50,039 nt of DNA from a virus. Below the pieces are notes generated by a model that had not been told where the DNA came from, did no database searches, and worked only from the letters and a program-made list of their open reading frames with translations. The stretch is from positions 1-50,039 of IMG/VR virus record IMGVR_UViG_3300000944_000001; one strand, written 5' to 3'. The position numbers and the translations under genes are program-made. Positions 7,025 to 16,180 of the stretch are shown piece after piece. Within the stretch, counting starts at the first letter, position 1. The number at the start of each line of letters is the position of its first letter.

Positions 7025-8100
7025 CTAGCATTGAATGGACAGGCAAAACTTGGAACCCGATTGTTGGTTGCACCGTCACGTCAACAGGCTGCAAGAATTG
7101 TTACGCCATGAAGATGGCAGGCCGCATTCAAAAGATGCAGCCTGGTAACCATTACACCGGCACCACCGAAGTTGTGAATGGCAAGACCGTTTGGACGGGG
7201 CAGATAAATTCTGCGCCAGATGAAACTTGGGATGCGCCGCTGAAGCGTAAGAAACCAACCACATATTTTGTCAATTCCATGGGGGATTTATTTCATCCAA
7301 ATGTTGCTGACTATTTGATTGACCGCGTCTTTGCGGTGATGGCCTTATCCCCGCAACATAAATTTCAAATCCTGACCAAGCACCCAGAACGAATGCGGGA
7401 CTATTTAAACCGCTATGAAACTGATGAATGGGCTGACCTTCATGCAATGCGGATGCTTTGGAATGCCCTTCAAGATGCCGAATTGTCTGACCGCCGCCGT
7501 AAAGAATTGATGTGGTTGTTAGATGAAGAGGAAAACTTTGACACAGGCCTTTGTTTTCAACCTGACCTTTGGCCCCATGTCGCGCTTGGTGTGTCTGTTG
7601 AAAACCAGGCGCAGGCCGAAGCCCGCATTCCCTATTTGCTACAAACCCGCGCCGCCATCCGTTTCATCAGCGCGGAACCTTTGCTTGGCCGTCTTGATTT
7701 AACCAAGATTGACATTACAAAACATTGTCTTTCGCCTGAAGATATTGTTGATGGATTCCCCCGCATGGACCTTAACGCTTTGAGTGGTCAATGCAGCTTG
7801 CTTGATAAGTCATTATGTTCACAGCTGGATTGGGTGATTGTTGGCGGTGAAAGCGGCGGGGGCGCGCGGCCGATGCACCCCGATTGGGCGCGGTCTTTAC
7901 GCGATGATTGTGAACATTATGGCGTTCCATTTTTCTTCAAGCAATGGGGTTTAAATATTCCGCACAATCAATGTGCGTGGCCCGTCCATTCCGATTACCC
8001 GGATGATGATGTCTTCAGGGGTCAGAAAAATCTTGACCCTAAAACACTTGACGGCGTGGTTCATCACGCGATGCCGCGCGGCTTTGAGGCGGCTTCCTAA
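7021..8100 (+). CDS. Phage Gp37/Gp68 family protein (DUF5131-like, Cys-motif)
   Basis: The N-terminus IEWTGKTWNPIVGCTVTSTGCKNCYA is the hallmark of this family. The C-terminal part is WVIVGGESG...RPMHPDWARSLRDDC...FFFKQWG. Confidence 0.85.
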   Translation: MTSIEWTGKTWNPIVGCTVTSTGCKNCYAMKMAGRIQKMQPGNHYTGTTEVVNGKTVWTGQINSAPDETWDAPLKRKKPTTYFVNSMGDLFHPNVADYLIDRVFAVMALSPQHKFQILTKHPERMRDYLNRYETDEWADLHAMRMLWNALQDAELSDRRRKELMWLLDEEENFDTGLCFQPDLWPHVALGVSVENQAQAEARIPYLLQTRAAIRFISAEPLLGRLDLTKIDITKHCLSPEDIVDGFPRMDLNALSGQCSLLDKSLCSQLDWVIVGGESGGGARPMHPDWARSLRDDCEHYGVPFFFKQWGLNIPHNQCAWPVHSDYPDDDVFRGQKNLDPKTLDGVVHHAMPRGFEAAS

Positions 8101-8618
8101 TGGCTTGGACGCCTGAAATTTTAGATGCCTTATTGTCTTTGAATGAAGAGGCGCTGACGGCGGCTGAAATTGCGGCGGCTTTGAACAGCCGCTTCAAGGC
8201 TGGCAAGTCCCGCAATGCGGTGATCGGAAAACTTAATCGGATGGGTGTTGGTCTGAAGTCAGGCGGCCGCTCGCCAAGCCGCCGCGCGGCGCGCCCAAAA
8301 CCAACGCTGTCAAAAGCGCGCAAGGTTAAGACTGCGGCCGTCAAACCGCGCCGTGATTTGACTCCTGTCACCGCCGCCAATTTTGGGCGGGGCGTAACTC
8401 TTGAAAACATCCGCGATAGTCAATGCCGCTGGCCAATCAATAACCCGGATGATGTTGGCGGCATTCGGTTTTGCGGACAGCTTGCCGATAAGTCTGCGGT
8501 TAGTCTTCAGGCCCGCGCCTATTGCCCAGGCCATGCCGCCATCATTGTGCGCCGTAAGACACCCAAGTCTGACGCCAAACCCAAAGCCTACATCCCCCGC
8601 CGTTACCACTTAACTTAG
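8100..8618 (+). CDS. gcrA: GcrA-like cell-cycle regulator homologue
   Basis: N-terminus WTPEILDALLSL...TAAEIAAALN...SRNAVIGKLNRMG. C-terminus CRWPI...IRFCG...YCPGHA. Confidence 0.85.
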   Translation: MAWTPEILDALLSLNEEALTAAEIAAALNSRFKAGKSRNAVIGKLNRMGVGLKSGGRSPSRRAARPKPTLSKARKVKTAAVKPRRDLTPVTAANFGRGVTLENIRDSQCRWPINNPDDVGGIRFCGQLADKSAVSLQARAYCPGHAAIIVRRKTPKSDAKPKAYIPRRYHLT

Positions 8619-8626
8619 AGATTGAT

Positions 8627-9388
8627 ATGAGTTTTATTTATGTAATTGATTTAGAAACCACAGGTTTCGACCTAGAACAAGGCGCTGAAATTATAGAGAT
8701 GGGCGGGTCATGTTTAGAGACTGCCCAGCCTGACCTATTGGATAGTGATGGCCCTCGCGCTTGGGGTTATTTCAGTCAGCTTTGTAAACCTATTGGTCCC
8801 ATCCCGCCAGAGACAAGCGCCATCCATCACATCACAGATTGGCACGTTAAAGATGCCTCATCTACTGCGGCAGTTTATCAGAATATGACCGATGACATGC
8901 CTGACCGCGTTATTTTTGCGGCACATAATTCTAAGTTTGAACAAGCTTTCTTAAAGCCATTTGAAACAAAGACCCGTCATATCGATTGGATTTGCACTTA
9001 CAAATTAACCCTGACTTTATTTCCTGATGCGCCAAGCCATAAGAACGCAGCCTTGTTTTATTATCTGGGTTTGTTTGATGCCGACCCAGAACATTGGTCG
9101 CGCTTCATGGATGAAAACCAATTGCATCGCGCTTTGCCTGACGCGATTATTACAGAGCAAATCTTGGATAAATGCCTGACCTTTGTCAGCGTCGAAGAGG
9201 CGATAGCCATTAGCGCCAAGCCGGTTTTGTTGTCCCGCGTTCCCTTCGGAAAATATCGCGGCACGTCATGGTCAGATATGGACGCAGGGTTTTTGTCTTG
9301 GGTTTTAGACCGAGACTTTGGTGAAGACATTTTGCACACCGCCCGCCATCACCTGACACGTTTAAATATGGAGCCTAATGATGAATAG
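8627..9388 (+). CDS. DnaQ/ExoX-like 3'-5' exonuclease with a C-terminal extension
   Basis: Exo I VIDLETTG, Exo II AHNSKFEQAFL, Exo III HRALPDA. The C-terminal KYRGTSWSDMDAGFLSWVL segment resembles the ExoX C-terminal (DUF3820-like) region. Confidence 0.8.
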   Translation: MSFIYVIDLETTGFDLEQGAEIIEMGGSCLETAQPDLLDSDGPRAWGYFSQLCKPIGPIPPETSAIHHITDWHVKDASSTAAVYQNMTDDMPDRVIFAAHNSKFEQAFLKPFETKTRHIDWICTYKLTLTLFPDAPSHKNAALFYYLGLFDADPEHWSRFMDENQLHRALPDAIITEQILDKCLTFVSVEEAIAISAKPVLLSRVPFGKYRGTSWSDMDAGFLSWVLDRDFGEDILHTARHHLTRLNMEPNDE

Positions 9389-10319
9389 TTCCGCCCCCAA
9401 ATCCCCCGTTGATTATGAACTTAATGTCTTGCGCTTTTATGCCGGCGCGCCAGACACAGGCGTCATTCCTGGCGCGGATTTAAATGAGGCAAGAGAGTTT
9501 CTAATCCGTAATGGTTATCTGAATTGCGCAGTGAACACATTGACCCCCAAAGGCACAGCCTTGATTGCGGGCATTGATGACCCTGACCCTGCGCCTGCGC
9601 CTTCCCCTGCCGCCGCCGCGCCAGACCAATCCGATGGCTGCGCCCTGAAGGCGGGCGGTGTCCGCGACTTGCCGGCAAGCAAGATGTCCCTTGATGTGTG
9701 GCAAGCAATGATTGGCGGTTGGGCCTTGGCGACTTTTGGGCCTACGCCTGCGCAGGTTCACGCCGCGCGGATGACCCGCGAAATGGCGGATGTCTTGGAC
9801 TGCGTGGCCATTGGCGACATCGAGCATTTAGGCCGCGCTTTGGCAGGCGTCTTTGTGGTCGGCTTTGCTTTGGCGGATAGTCAGGGCATCAACATCCGTC
9901 AGGCCTTACTGGCAGAGCATATCGAAAACAGTGAAAGCCATTGGGTCAAAGATAGTTGGGGCCAATGGGTGCGGCGCGGCGATGGGTCTGTCACTGACAC
10001 AGACACGGCGCGCAAGATCGCGGAACTGGTTGCCGCTGATAAAATCCAACCGCAAGACGGGGTCAGGTTATTGATGGCGGCTGGCGCAATGCTTAACCAG
10101 GCGGCGGCGTTCCTTATCGCGCATGGCGGATGTCATGAAAGCGACTTTCAAAATGCGGGCATTGATGACCTAACGCCCCGCGCGCGTGGGGCCAACCTGC
10201 CGCTGCCCAAAGTTTATCCCATCCCTAAGCCTGCCATTCTGACAGGTGATGGCCTGATGATTGATGACCCTGCCTTTGCGCCGACACCCCTTGAAACACT
10301 GGAGCCTGAAAATGTCTGA
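9378..10319 (+). CDS. Hypothetical protein with a possible degenerate MazG/DUF550-like central domain
   Basis: WALATFGP...MTREMADVLD...ALAGVFVVGFALADSQGINIRQALLAEHIENSESHW follows the MazG-like spacing, but several expected acidic residues are absent. Confidence 0.4.
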   Translation: MMNSSAPKSPVDYELNVLRFYAGAPDTGVIPGADLNEAREFLIRNGYLNCAVNTLTPKGTALIAGIDDPDPAPAPSPAAAAPDQSDGCALKAGGVRDLPASKMSLDVWQAMIGGWALATFGPTPAQVHAARMTREMADVLDCVAIGDIEHLGRALAGVFVVGFALADSQGINIRQALLAEHIENSESHWVKDSWGQWVRRGDGSVTDTDTARKIAELVAADKIQPQDGVRLLMAAGAMLNQAAAFLIAHGGCHESDFQNAGIDDLTPRARGANLPLPKVYPIPKPAILTGDGLMIDDPAFAPTPLETLEPENV

Positions 10320-10884
10320 AGCCGCCATCCAAACCGCCGCCCTGTCTGAAGCTGATGCCATGGCGGATGATGTTCATGTTCAAGACGCCGATATGTTATA
10401 TAAGGTTTTAGAACACATGCCTGTCAAAGCTTGGTTCAGTAATCACCGCCCTATTATACGGCGGAGTGATGGGTCGCGGCCTGACTTTGTTATTGGCCTG
10501 CCTGAAGACCCCTATTTAATTCGATGGTGGATGATACCGCGCAACCGTGAAGGCAATCATTACCGCCATTGCATTTTGAAAAGTGATGATGACCGCGCGC
10601 TGCATGATCACCCTTGGGATTCCGTGTCTGTTGTTTTGGAAGGTGTTTTAAAAGAACATTTATCAGACGGGTCATCGCGCATCCTTGAAATTGGCAAGCC
10701 ATATTTTCGCAAGGCCACAGACGCACACCGTCTTGAAGTTATTGAAGGGCCAGTGTGGACAGATTTTTTCACAGGGCCAAAGGTTCGTGAATGGGGCTTT
10801 CATTGTCCGCAAGGTTGGGTCCATTGGAAAGAGTTCACCGCAGAAAACCCCGGTGAAATTGGCCGTGGATGTGGTGAAGATTAG
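10312..10884 (+). CDS. Conserved phage protein with an LHDHPW motif (function unknown)
   Basis: ATG 10312 overlaps the upstream stop by 8 nt. PYLIRWWMIPRN...SDDDRALHDHPWDSVSVVLEG is a motif I recall from many phage hypothetical proteins. Confidence 0.6.
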   Translation: MSEAAIQTAALSEADAMADDVHVQDADMLYKVLEHMPVKAWFSNHRPIIRRSDGSRPDFVIGLPEDPYLIRWWMIPRNREGNHYRHCILKSDDDRALHDHPWDSVSVVLEGVLKEHLSDGSSRILEIGKPYFRKATDAHRLEVIEGPVWTDFFTGPKVREWGFHCPQGWVHWKEFTAENPGEIGRGCGED

Positions 10885-11945
10885 TGAACTATTTCCCTGA
10901 CATAAGAGTTGGTGATGTCTTCACCCGTCTTGCTGAATTAGACGATGACAGCGTTGATTGCGTTGTCACATCCCCGCCTTATTGGGGCCTTCGGGATTAT
11001 GGTGTTGAAGGTCAGCTTGGTCTTGAACCAACCTTGCCAGAACACATTGAAACCGTGGTCAAATATTGCCGTGAAATTAAGCGGGTCTTAAAAAAGTCAG
11101 GCACATTTTGGCTGAATTATGGCGACTGTTATGCGGCAACCCCCAATGGAAGATCTGCGGCGCAAGTCAAAGCTTTAAGTGATGATGACCGCACGTTCAG
11201 GGACAAGCCATTTTCCACTATCCAAGGCAACATGAAACCCAAAGACTTGTGCATGGTTCCCAATAGAATTGCGATCGCGCTGCAAGATGATGGGTGGTTT
11301 GTTAGGTCCGAAATTATTTGGGCGAAGCCAAACCCAATGCCAGAGTCAATCAATGACCGCCCTGCAACAAGTCATGAAAAAATATTCTTACTAACCAAAA
11401 GCCCTAAATATTATTATGACGCGGATGCGGTGCGCCAAGGTTTAGCAAAGAGTTCAGTTGAACGGTATAAGCAAGACATCGCCAATCAGGTTGGTTCGTC
11501 ACGCGCCCATGGCGGCGGCAAGGCTAATGGCAAAATGAAAGCGGTTGGCGGCCGGCCGATGAAGACAAGCCGAGGTCTTGACCCAAGGCATTCTAAAACA
11601 GGCAGCCATCACACAGGCATTGACCAAGTTGAACGCGGCAGCCGTAATCTTAGAAATTGGGAACCTGCATTTGACCAACCTGAAGCTTGGAAAATTGCGA
11701 CCCGCCCATTCAAGGCCGCACATTTTGCAACCTTCCCGCCGGCGCTTGCAGAGCGGTGCATCATGGCGGGGTGTCCGCCAGACGGTTTAGTTTTAGATGT
11801 CTTTGGCGGCGCAGGGACAACAGGCTTGGTTGCCGCGCGCTTGCAGCGGCGGTCAATTTTAATTGAATTAAATCCTGAATATGCGGCGCTTGCCCAAGAG
11901 AGAATATTTGAAGACGCGACTTTGTTTGCAGGGGGTAGACTATGA
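10884..11945 (+). CDS. Beta-class N6-adenine/N4-cytosine DNA methyltransferase
   Basis: Catalytic motif VVTSPPYWGLRDYG is N-terminal and the AdoMet motif VLDVFGGAGTTG is C-terminal. GTG start overlaps the upstream stop by 1 nt. Confidence 0.88.
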   Translation: MNYFPDIRVGDVFTRLAELDDDSVDCVVTSPPYWGLRDYGVEGQLGLEPTLPEHIETVVKYCREIKRVLKKSGTFWLNYGDCYAATPNGRSAAQVKALSDDDRTFRDKPFSTIQGNMKPKDLCMVPNRIAIALQDDGWFVRSEIIWAKPNPMPESINDRPATSHEKIFLLTKSPKYYYDADAVRQGLAKSSVERYKQDIANQVGSSRAHGGGKANGKMKAVGGRPMKTSRGLDPRHSKTGSHHTGIDQVERGSRNLRNWEPAFDQPEAWKIATRPFKAAHFATFPPALAERCIMAGCPPDGLVLDVFGGAGTTGLVAARLQRRSILIELNPEYAALAQERIFEDATLFAGGRL

Positions 11946-12217
11946 AAGATAAATTGCCAGATTTAAACACCCATCTTTTTGCGCAGCTTGAACGGTTGGG
12001 TGATGAAGATTTAACCCCTGAACAAATCGCGGTCGAAGCCCGCCGCGCCAAGGCAGTTGTAGGCGTGGCCAGTCAAATTATAAAAGGCGCAAGTCTTCAA
12101 TTAGAAGCTGCGCAAGCTTTGGCCAAAGCGGGTGTGGATGGTCAGCGTATCCGGGATAATTTCCACATGATTGATAAACCCAAATATCCTCTTAAAATTG
12201 AAGGCCAAACGAAATGA
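11942..12217 (+). CDS. Hypothetical protein
   Basis: 91-aa ORF with 4-nt overlaps on both sides. Confidence 0.55.
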   Translation: MKDKLPDLNTHLFAQLERLGDEDLTPEQIAVEARRAKAVVGVASQIIKGASLQLEAAQALAKAGVDGQRIRDNFHMIDKPKYPLKIEGQTK

Positions 12218-12840
12218 GGCGCGGCCGCATAATATATAGCGCCGCCGAGTTGGCTTGGTTGAAAGATCATAGCGGTCTGCCGCGCGCAGAATTGACCCAA
12301 AAATTCAAGACAAAGTTTGGCCGTGATGATGTCAAGGTTGATGACATCAAAGCGCTTTGCAGTAGAAAGAAATGGAAGGCAGATATTGACGGCCGTTTTA
12401 AATCGGGTTCAGTGTCTTGGAATAAAGGCCGCAAGGGTTACTGCGCACCAGGCTCTGAAAAAGGATGGTTTAAAAAGGGTCATGTGCCGGCAAATAAACA
12501 ACCCGCAGGCCATGAACGGGTGTGCAATAAAGACGGTTACATTCTAATTAATATTGATGAACCCAACCCTTGGACGGGCGGGTCAAGTCATTACGTTCAC
12601 AAGCACCGCTGGCTTTGGGAAAAGAAACATGGCCCCATCCCAGATGGCATGTGTTTGAAATCCAAAGATGGTGACCCAACCAATTGCGACCCATCCAATT
12701 GGGACTTGATTTCACGCGCTGTCCTGGCGCGCTTAAACAAGCAAGGTTTATATAAGCTTGCGCCGCCAGCACTGAAGCCTGCCGTGATTACGGCGGCGAA
12801 GATTGAAAGTAAATTATCAGCCTTGGCAGGGTCTTCATGA
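12214..12840 (+). CDS. HNH-type (HNH_3-like) endonuclease domain protein, free-standing
   Basis: HYVHKHRWLWEKKHGPIPDGMCLKSKDGDPTNCDPSNWDL matches the phage HNH_3 pattern. The usual His before DG is Lys here. Confidence 0.65.
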   Translation: MRRGRIIYSAAELAWLKDHSGLPRAELTQKFKTKFGRDDVKVDDIKALCSRKKWKADIDGRFKSGSVSWNKGRKGYCAPGSEKGWFKKGHVPANKQPAGHERVCNKDGYILINIDEPNPWTGGSSHYVHKHRWLWEKKHGPIPDGMCLKSKDGDPTNCDPSNWDLISRAVLARLNKQGLYKLAPPALKPAVITAAKIESKLSALAGSS

Positions 12841-13337
12841 CCCGCACCACAAAGACTGACCTGACAGAGCGCAAGGCGCTTGTCTTGGCGCGCTTTACTT
12901 TGGCTGATGCCATGCAGTTTTGCGGGCAAAATTATGACGGCCGCCGTCAGGATTTCTGTCCGTCTTGCCGGCAGCCGGGCATGAACTTTGTTGTGTCTGG
13001 TTGCGGTGTCGCGGCGCGGTCACTGACGGATGACCCTGCGGCCGCTGACGTGGCAGTCTGTTCATGGTGTGTTTGGGGTGGCGATGCGGTTGAATTTGTT
13101 ATGACGGCGCGGGCTTGGTCTAATCAAGCGGCCGCGCTTGACGCCATTGAAGCGTGGTTGTGTGGCGACCGGCCGCCCGCGCAGGGGGTAACCCCTGCCG
13201 CGCTTGCGCCTGCCTATCACAGCGCCGTTAACGCGCCGATTGCGCAGCGTGTAAATCCTGCCCAGACCGCCCCGTCCCGCGTCAGGCATTTGGCCAAGCG
13301 CGCCGTGACCTTTGGGCGCAAAGGGGGGCAGTCATGA
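12837..13337 (+). CDS. Primase-type zinc-finger protein
   Basis: FCPSCRQPG...CSWCVWGGDAVEFVM parallels the zinc-finger segment of ORF 5179-6360 (CPSCGKS...GVIDFVM). Confidence 0.55.
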   Translation: MTRTTKTDLTERKALVLARFTLADAMQFCGQNYDGRRQDFCPSCRQPGMNFVVSGCGVAARSLTDDPAAADVAVCSWCVWGGDAVEFVMTARAWSNQAAALDAIEAWLCGDRPPAQGVTPAALAPAYHSAVNAPIAQRVNPAQTAPSRVRHLAKRAVTFGRKGGQS

Positions 13338-14098
13338 CCCATCAAAGACGGGTGCTGAAGTGGCGGGAAAAATCCCCTGAACGCTTAATCATTGAAGCGA
13401 GCCGCGACAAGATAGTTGAAATGCACAAGGCCCAGATGCAGAGCCGCGACATGATGGCTGCGCTTGGGTTCACCCTGTCCGAGTCAGCTTGGTTTGCGCA
13501 GCTATCCGTTCAAGGTTTGACGCGCACACAGTTGGGCCTTGGTCCATTAGGTGTCACCCCAACGGATGCGGCAGTGATTGCGGCCCTTCCTAAGCCTGAC
13601 CCGCGCGAGCCTGGCGAAAGCGGCGCGGATTATTTGCAGCGGCATCGCGCCGTGGTTTTAGAATGCCATCAGGCCAATATGACAGTGATGGAGATTGGCC
13701 GCTTTTTTGACATGAAAAATATAAGTAATTTTTTGCAGCTTGCAAAGCTGAACCGCAAGGCGCTTGGCTTGCCCAAGCAATGGCGGAAAAATAGTGTGGC
13801 CCCCTATGCCCTCGCCGCCTTCAGCCCTGTTGATGACGCCCATATCAGGCGCGGGCATTTTTGCGGGATGCCAGCGGCGGCAATAGGCGCGGTGTGCGGT
13901 CGCCAGACGCAACAGATTAAAAGCCGCGCGGCTGAATTAGGCCTGCCCAAATGGGTTGAAATTCCTTGCGCCAAGACCCGCCAAAAATTGGCGCGCGAGT
14001 TTGACACGCCTGAAGCGGTGAACGCCTTGGATGGTGACAATAAAACAACAGACCTTGGCCGCAAGCGGGCGGCCTATTCAAGACGGGCGGCAGAGTAA
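13334..14098 (+). CDS. Hypothetical protein with repeated GcrA-N-terminal-like HTH segments
   Basis: Three similar segments: MQSRDMMAALGF, MTVMEIGRFFDM and MPAAAIGAVCGRQTQQIKSRAAELGLPKW. Confidence 0.55.
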   Translation: MTHQRRVLKWREKSPERLIIEASRDKIVEMHKAQMQSRDMMAALGFTLSESAWFAQLSVQGLTRTQLGLGPLGVTPTDAAVIAALPKPDPREPGESGADYLQRHRAVVLECHQANMTVMEIGRFFDMKNISNFLQLAKLNRKALGLPKQWRKNSVAPYALAAFSPVDDAHIRRGHFCGMPAAAIGAVCGRQTQQIKSRAAELGLPKWVEIPCAKTRQKLAREFDTPEAVNALDGDNKTTDLGRKRAAYSRRAAE

Positions 14099-16084
14099 AT
14101 GGCAGAGACATCCGAAACATCCGCGTCCATGCCCGGCGCAGCGCTTATCTGCGCGCAAATAGACGGTGCGCTGACCGATATATTTGCGCGGCGCGGCGCT
14201 TCAGGCGGGTCAGTTGACAGCCGCCCGATTGATAGCGGGTCACCTGACGGTGATGTCATGCCGGCGGATGCGGATGGCGGGTCAGATTATAGTGAAAAAT
14301 CTTATGCGGATTTAACCGCCGATGAAAAGCGGTCCCTTTTGGATATGACAGATGCGGGCTTGGCGAAGCGCTTGGCGCATTACTCAAAAGACAAATGCCT
14401 GTATTCCCCGCAGCTTGGTTGGTTGATTTGGGACGGTCACAGATACCAAGCTTGCGAAGAAAAAGACACCTATGCCCGGCGCGAAGTGATGTTGATGGGG
14501 CCGCAAATACAGAAAATTGAATATCCTGCCTTTAAGGGTTTGTTGCCGTCCCGCGAAGATATTTATAAAGCTGATGAACCCAAGGCCGATATGTTGAAAG
14601 CCAAGAAAAAGGCAGGACAGAAAACGCTGTCCCGCATCTGGGCGCGCGCGATCGCGCTTGGCAATAATTCCCTTCAAATCACCGTCTTGAAAGTGGCGGC
14701 CGCCATGGAAGAATTTTACACTGACTTTGATGAACTTGATGATGTGCCTGGTCTTGTCAACACGCTGTCAGGCGGTCTTGATTTGCCGCTGACTGCGCCG
14801 CGCCCTGAACGTGGTGAAGATGCCAGCACCGTTTGTCATCGAGACATGATGGCCCTGACCCCCGTCCCCTTAAACAAGATGAAGGTGCGGCCGAAGGTCA
14901 CCCGCGTCACTGGCGCAGGGTTTGATGCCAAGAAAATGCGCAGCGGTGATGAAAGCGCGCCTTTATGGCGGGCGCATTTGAAAACAATCTTTCCTGACCC
15001 TGAAATGCGGGCTTATTTTCTGCGGATATGCGGGTCAATGTTGGTGAATTGGAATCCGAAGCGAAGCTGGTTCATTTGGCGCGGCCGCGGTAATGATGGC
15101 AAGTCAACCACGCTGCGGATTTTGGGTCATGTCCTTGGTGATTATTGGAAAATTGGCAATGTAGAAACTTTAATGTCAGCGCCAAATCCTGACGCATCAA
15201 AGCCGCGCAATGATTTGATGGACCTAGCGGGCGGCCTGCGCCTGGTCAGCTTTGTTGAACCTGATGGAAGCAAAGAATTAAATGCGGGCTTGATTAAGAT
15301 GATCACTGGCGGTGATGGCGTGTCTGCGCGGGGTAATCATCAGGGCCAAAAGACATGGATGCCGCAGTTCAAAATGGTCTTGCTTTGCAATGACCTGCCC
15401 AAAGTCAAAGACAGCACGGATGGCTTCTGGCAGCGCGTGATGATTATGCCCTTCACCCATCAGTTCACCAAGGCCAGTGAAGACCCGACCCTTGAAGGCC
15501 GTATCAAGGCCGAAGCGGATGGCATTTTGGAAAGCTTGATTGAAGGCTTTTTTGATTGGCGGGAACGCGGCTTTAACTTTGACCCGCCGCAAGTGTCTGA
15601 AGATATGAAGCTGCGGTTTCAGGATGAAAGTTCACAATATTTGGCTTGGATGCGCGACCGCATTAGATGGGGCGGCTGGATTAATCATGACGCCATGCGG
15701 CGCGAAGAACCCGAAGCCTATGACATGTTATGCAATGTCTTGTCAGACGGGCATCAAGGCGCGCAGCAAATTGCGGCAGAACATTATTGGGCCAAAGAAG
15801 AGTCGGTTTGCCGCGCGGCCAAATATAATCCCATGGAAATTTATGATGATTACCTAGCTTGGTGTGAAGGTGATGGCCTGACGCCATGGCGGCCTGGCAC
15901 GTTCCTGAAGAAATTCAAATCAGATGCGCTGGACAAGGATTGCATTTGGAAAAAGACGGGCGCTGACGGCCGTCATTGGAAGGGTTTTGATTTTGTTGAC
16001 GGCTTTGCACACAAGGCCCCGTCAGACAGCACAGACGGCGACCAAGCCGCCACAGATGCCGCCTATAAAGGCGGGTTTAAATAG
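14099..16084 (+). CDS. P4/D5-family primase-helicase (SF3 NTPase)
   Basis: Walker A WRGRGNDGKSTTLRILG, then LVSFVEPDG...LIKMITGGDGVSAR...MPQFKMVLLCNDLPKV, typical of the phage/plasmid primase P4 C-terminal domain. Confidence 0.85.
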   Translation: MAETSETSASMPGAALICAQIDGALTDIFARRGASGGSVDSRPIDSGSPDGDVMPADADGGSDYSEKSYADLTADEKRSLLDMTDAGLAKRLAHYSKDKCLYSPQLGWLIWDGHRYQACEEKDTYARREVMLMGPQIQKIEYPAFKGLLPSREDIYKADEPKADMLKAKKKAGQKTLSRIWARAIALGNNSLQITVLKVAAAMEEFYTDFDELDDVPGLVNTLSGGLDLPLTAPRPERGEDASTVCHRDMMALTPVPLNKMKVRPKVTRVTGAGFDAKKMRSGDESAPLWRAHLKTIFPDPEMRAYFLRICGSMLVNWNPKRSWFIWRGRGNDGKSTTLRILGHVLGDYWKIGNVETLMSAPNPDASKPRNDLMDLAGGLRLVSFVEPDGSKELNAGLIKMITGGDGVSARGNHQGQKTWMPQFKMVLLCNDLPKVKDSTDGFWQRVMIMPFTHQFTKASEDPTLEGRIKAEADGILESLIEGFFDWRERGFNFDPPQVSEDMKLRFQDESSQYLAWMRDRIRWGGWINHDAMRREEPEAYDMLCNVLSDGHQGAQQIAAEHYWAKEESVCRAAKYNPMEIYDDYLAWCEGDGLTPWRPGTFLKKFKSDALDKDCIWKKTGADGRHWKGFDFVDGFAHKAPSDSTDGDQAATDAAYKGGFK

Positions 16085-16180
16085 TGGAATTTTTGCCTGC
16101 AAAAAATCCACATCAAGGGCGCAGCGAAAGCGTTTGCGCAGCACAACGCGGGCAAGCACCGCAAACAATGGAGACTGACT

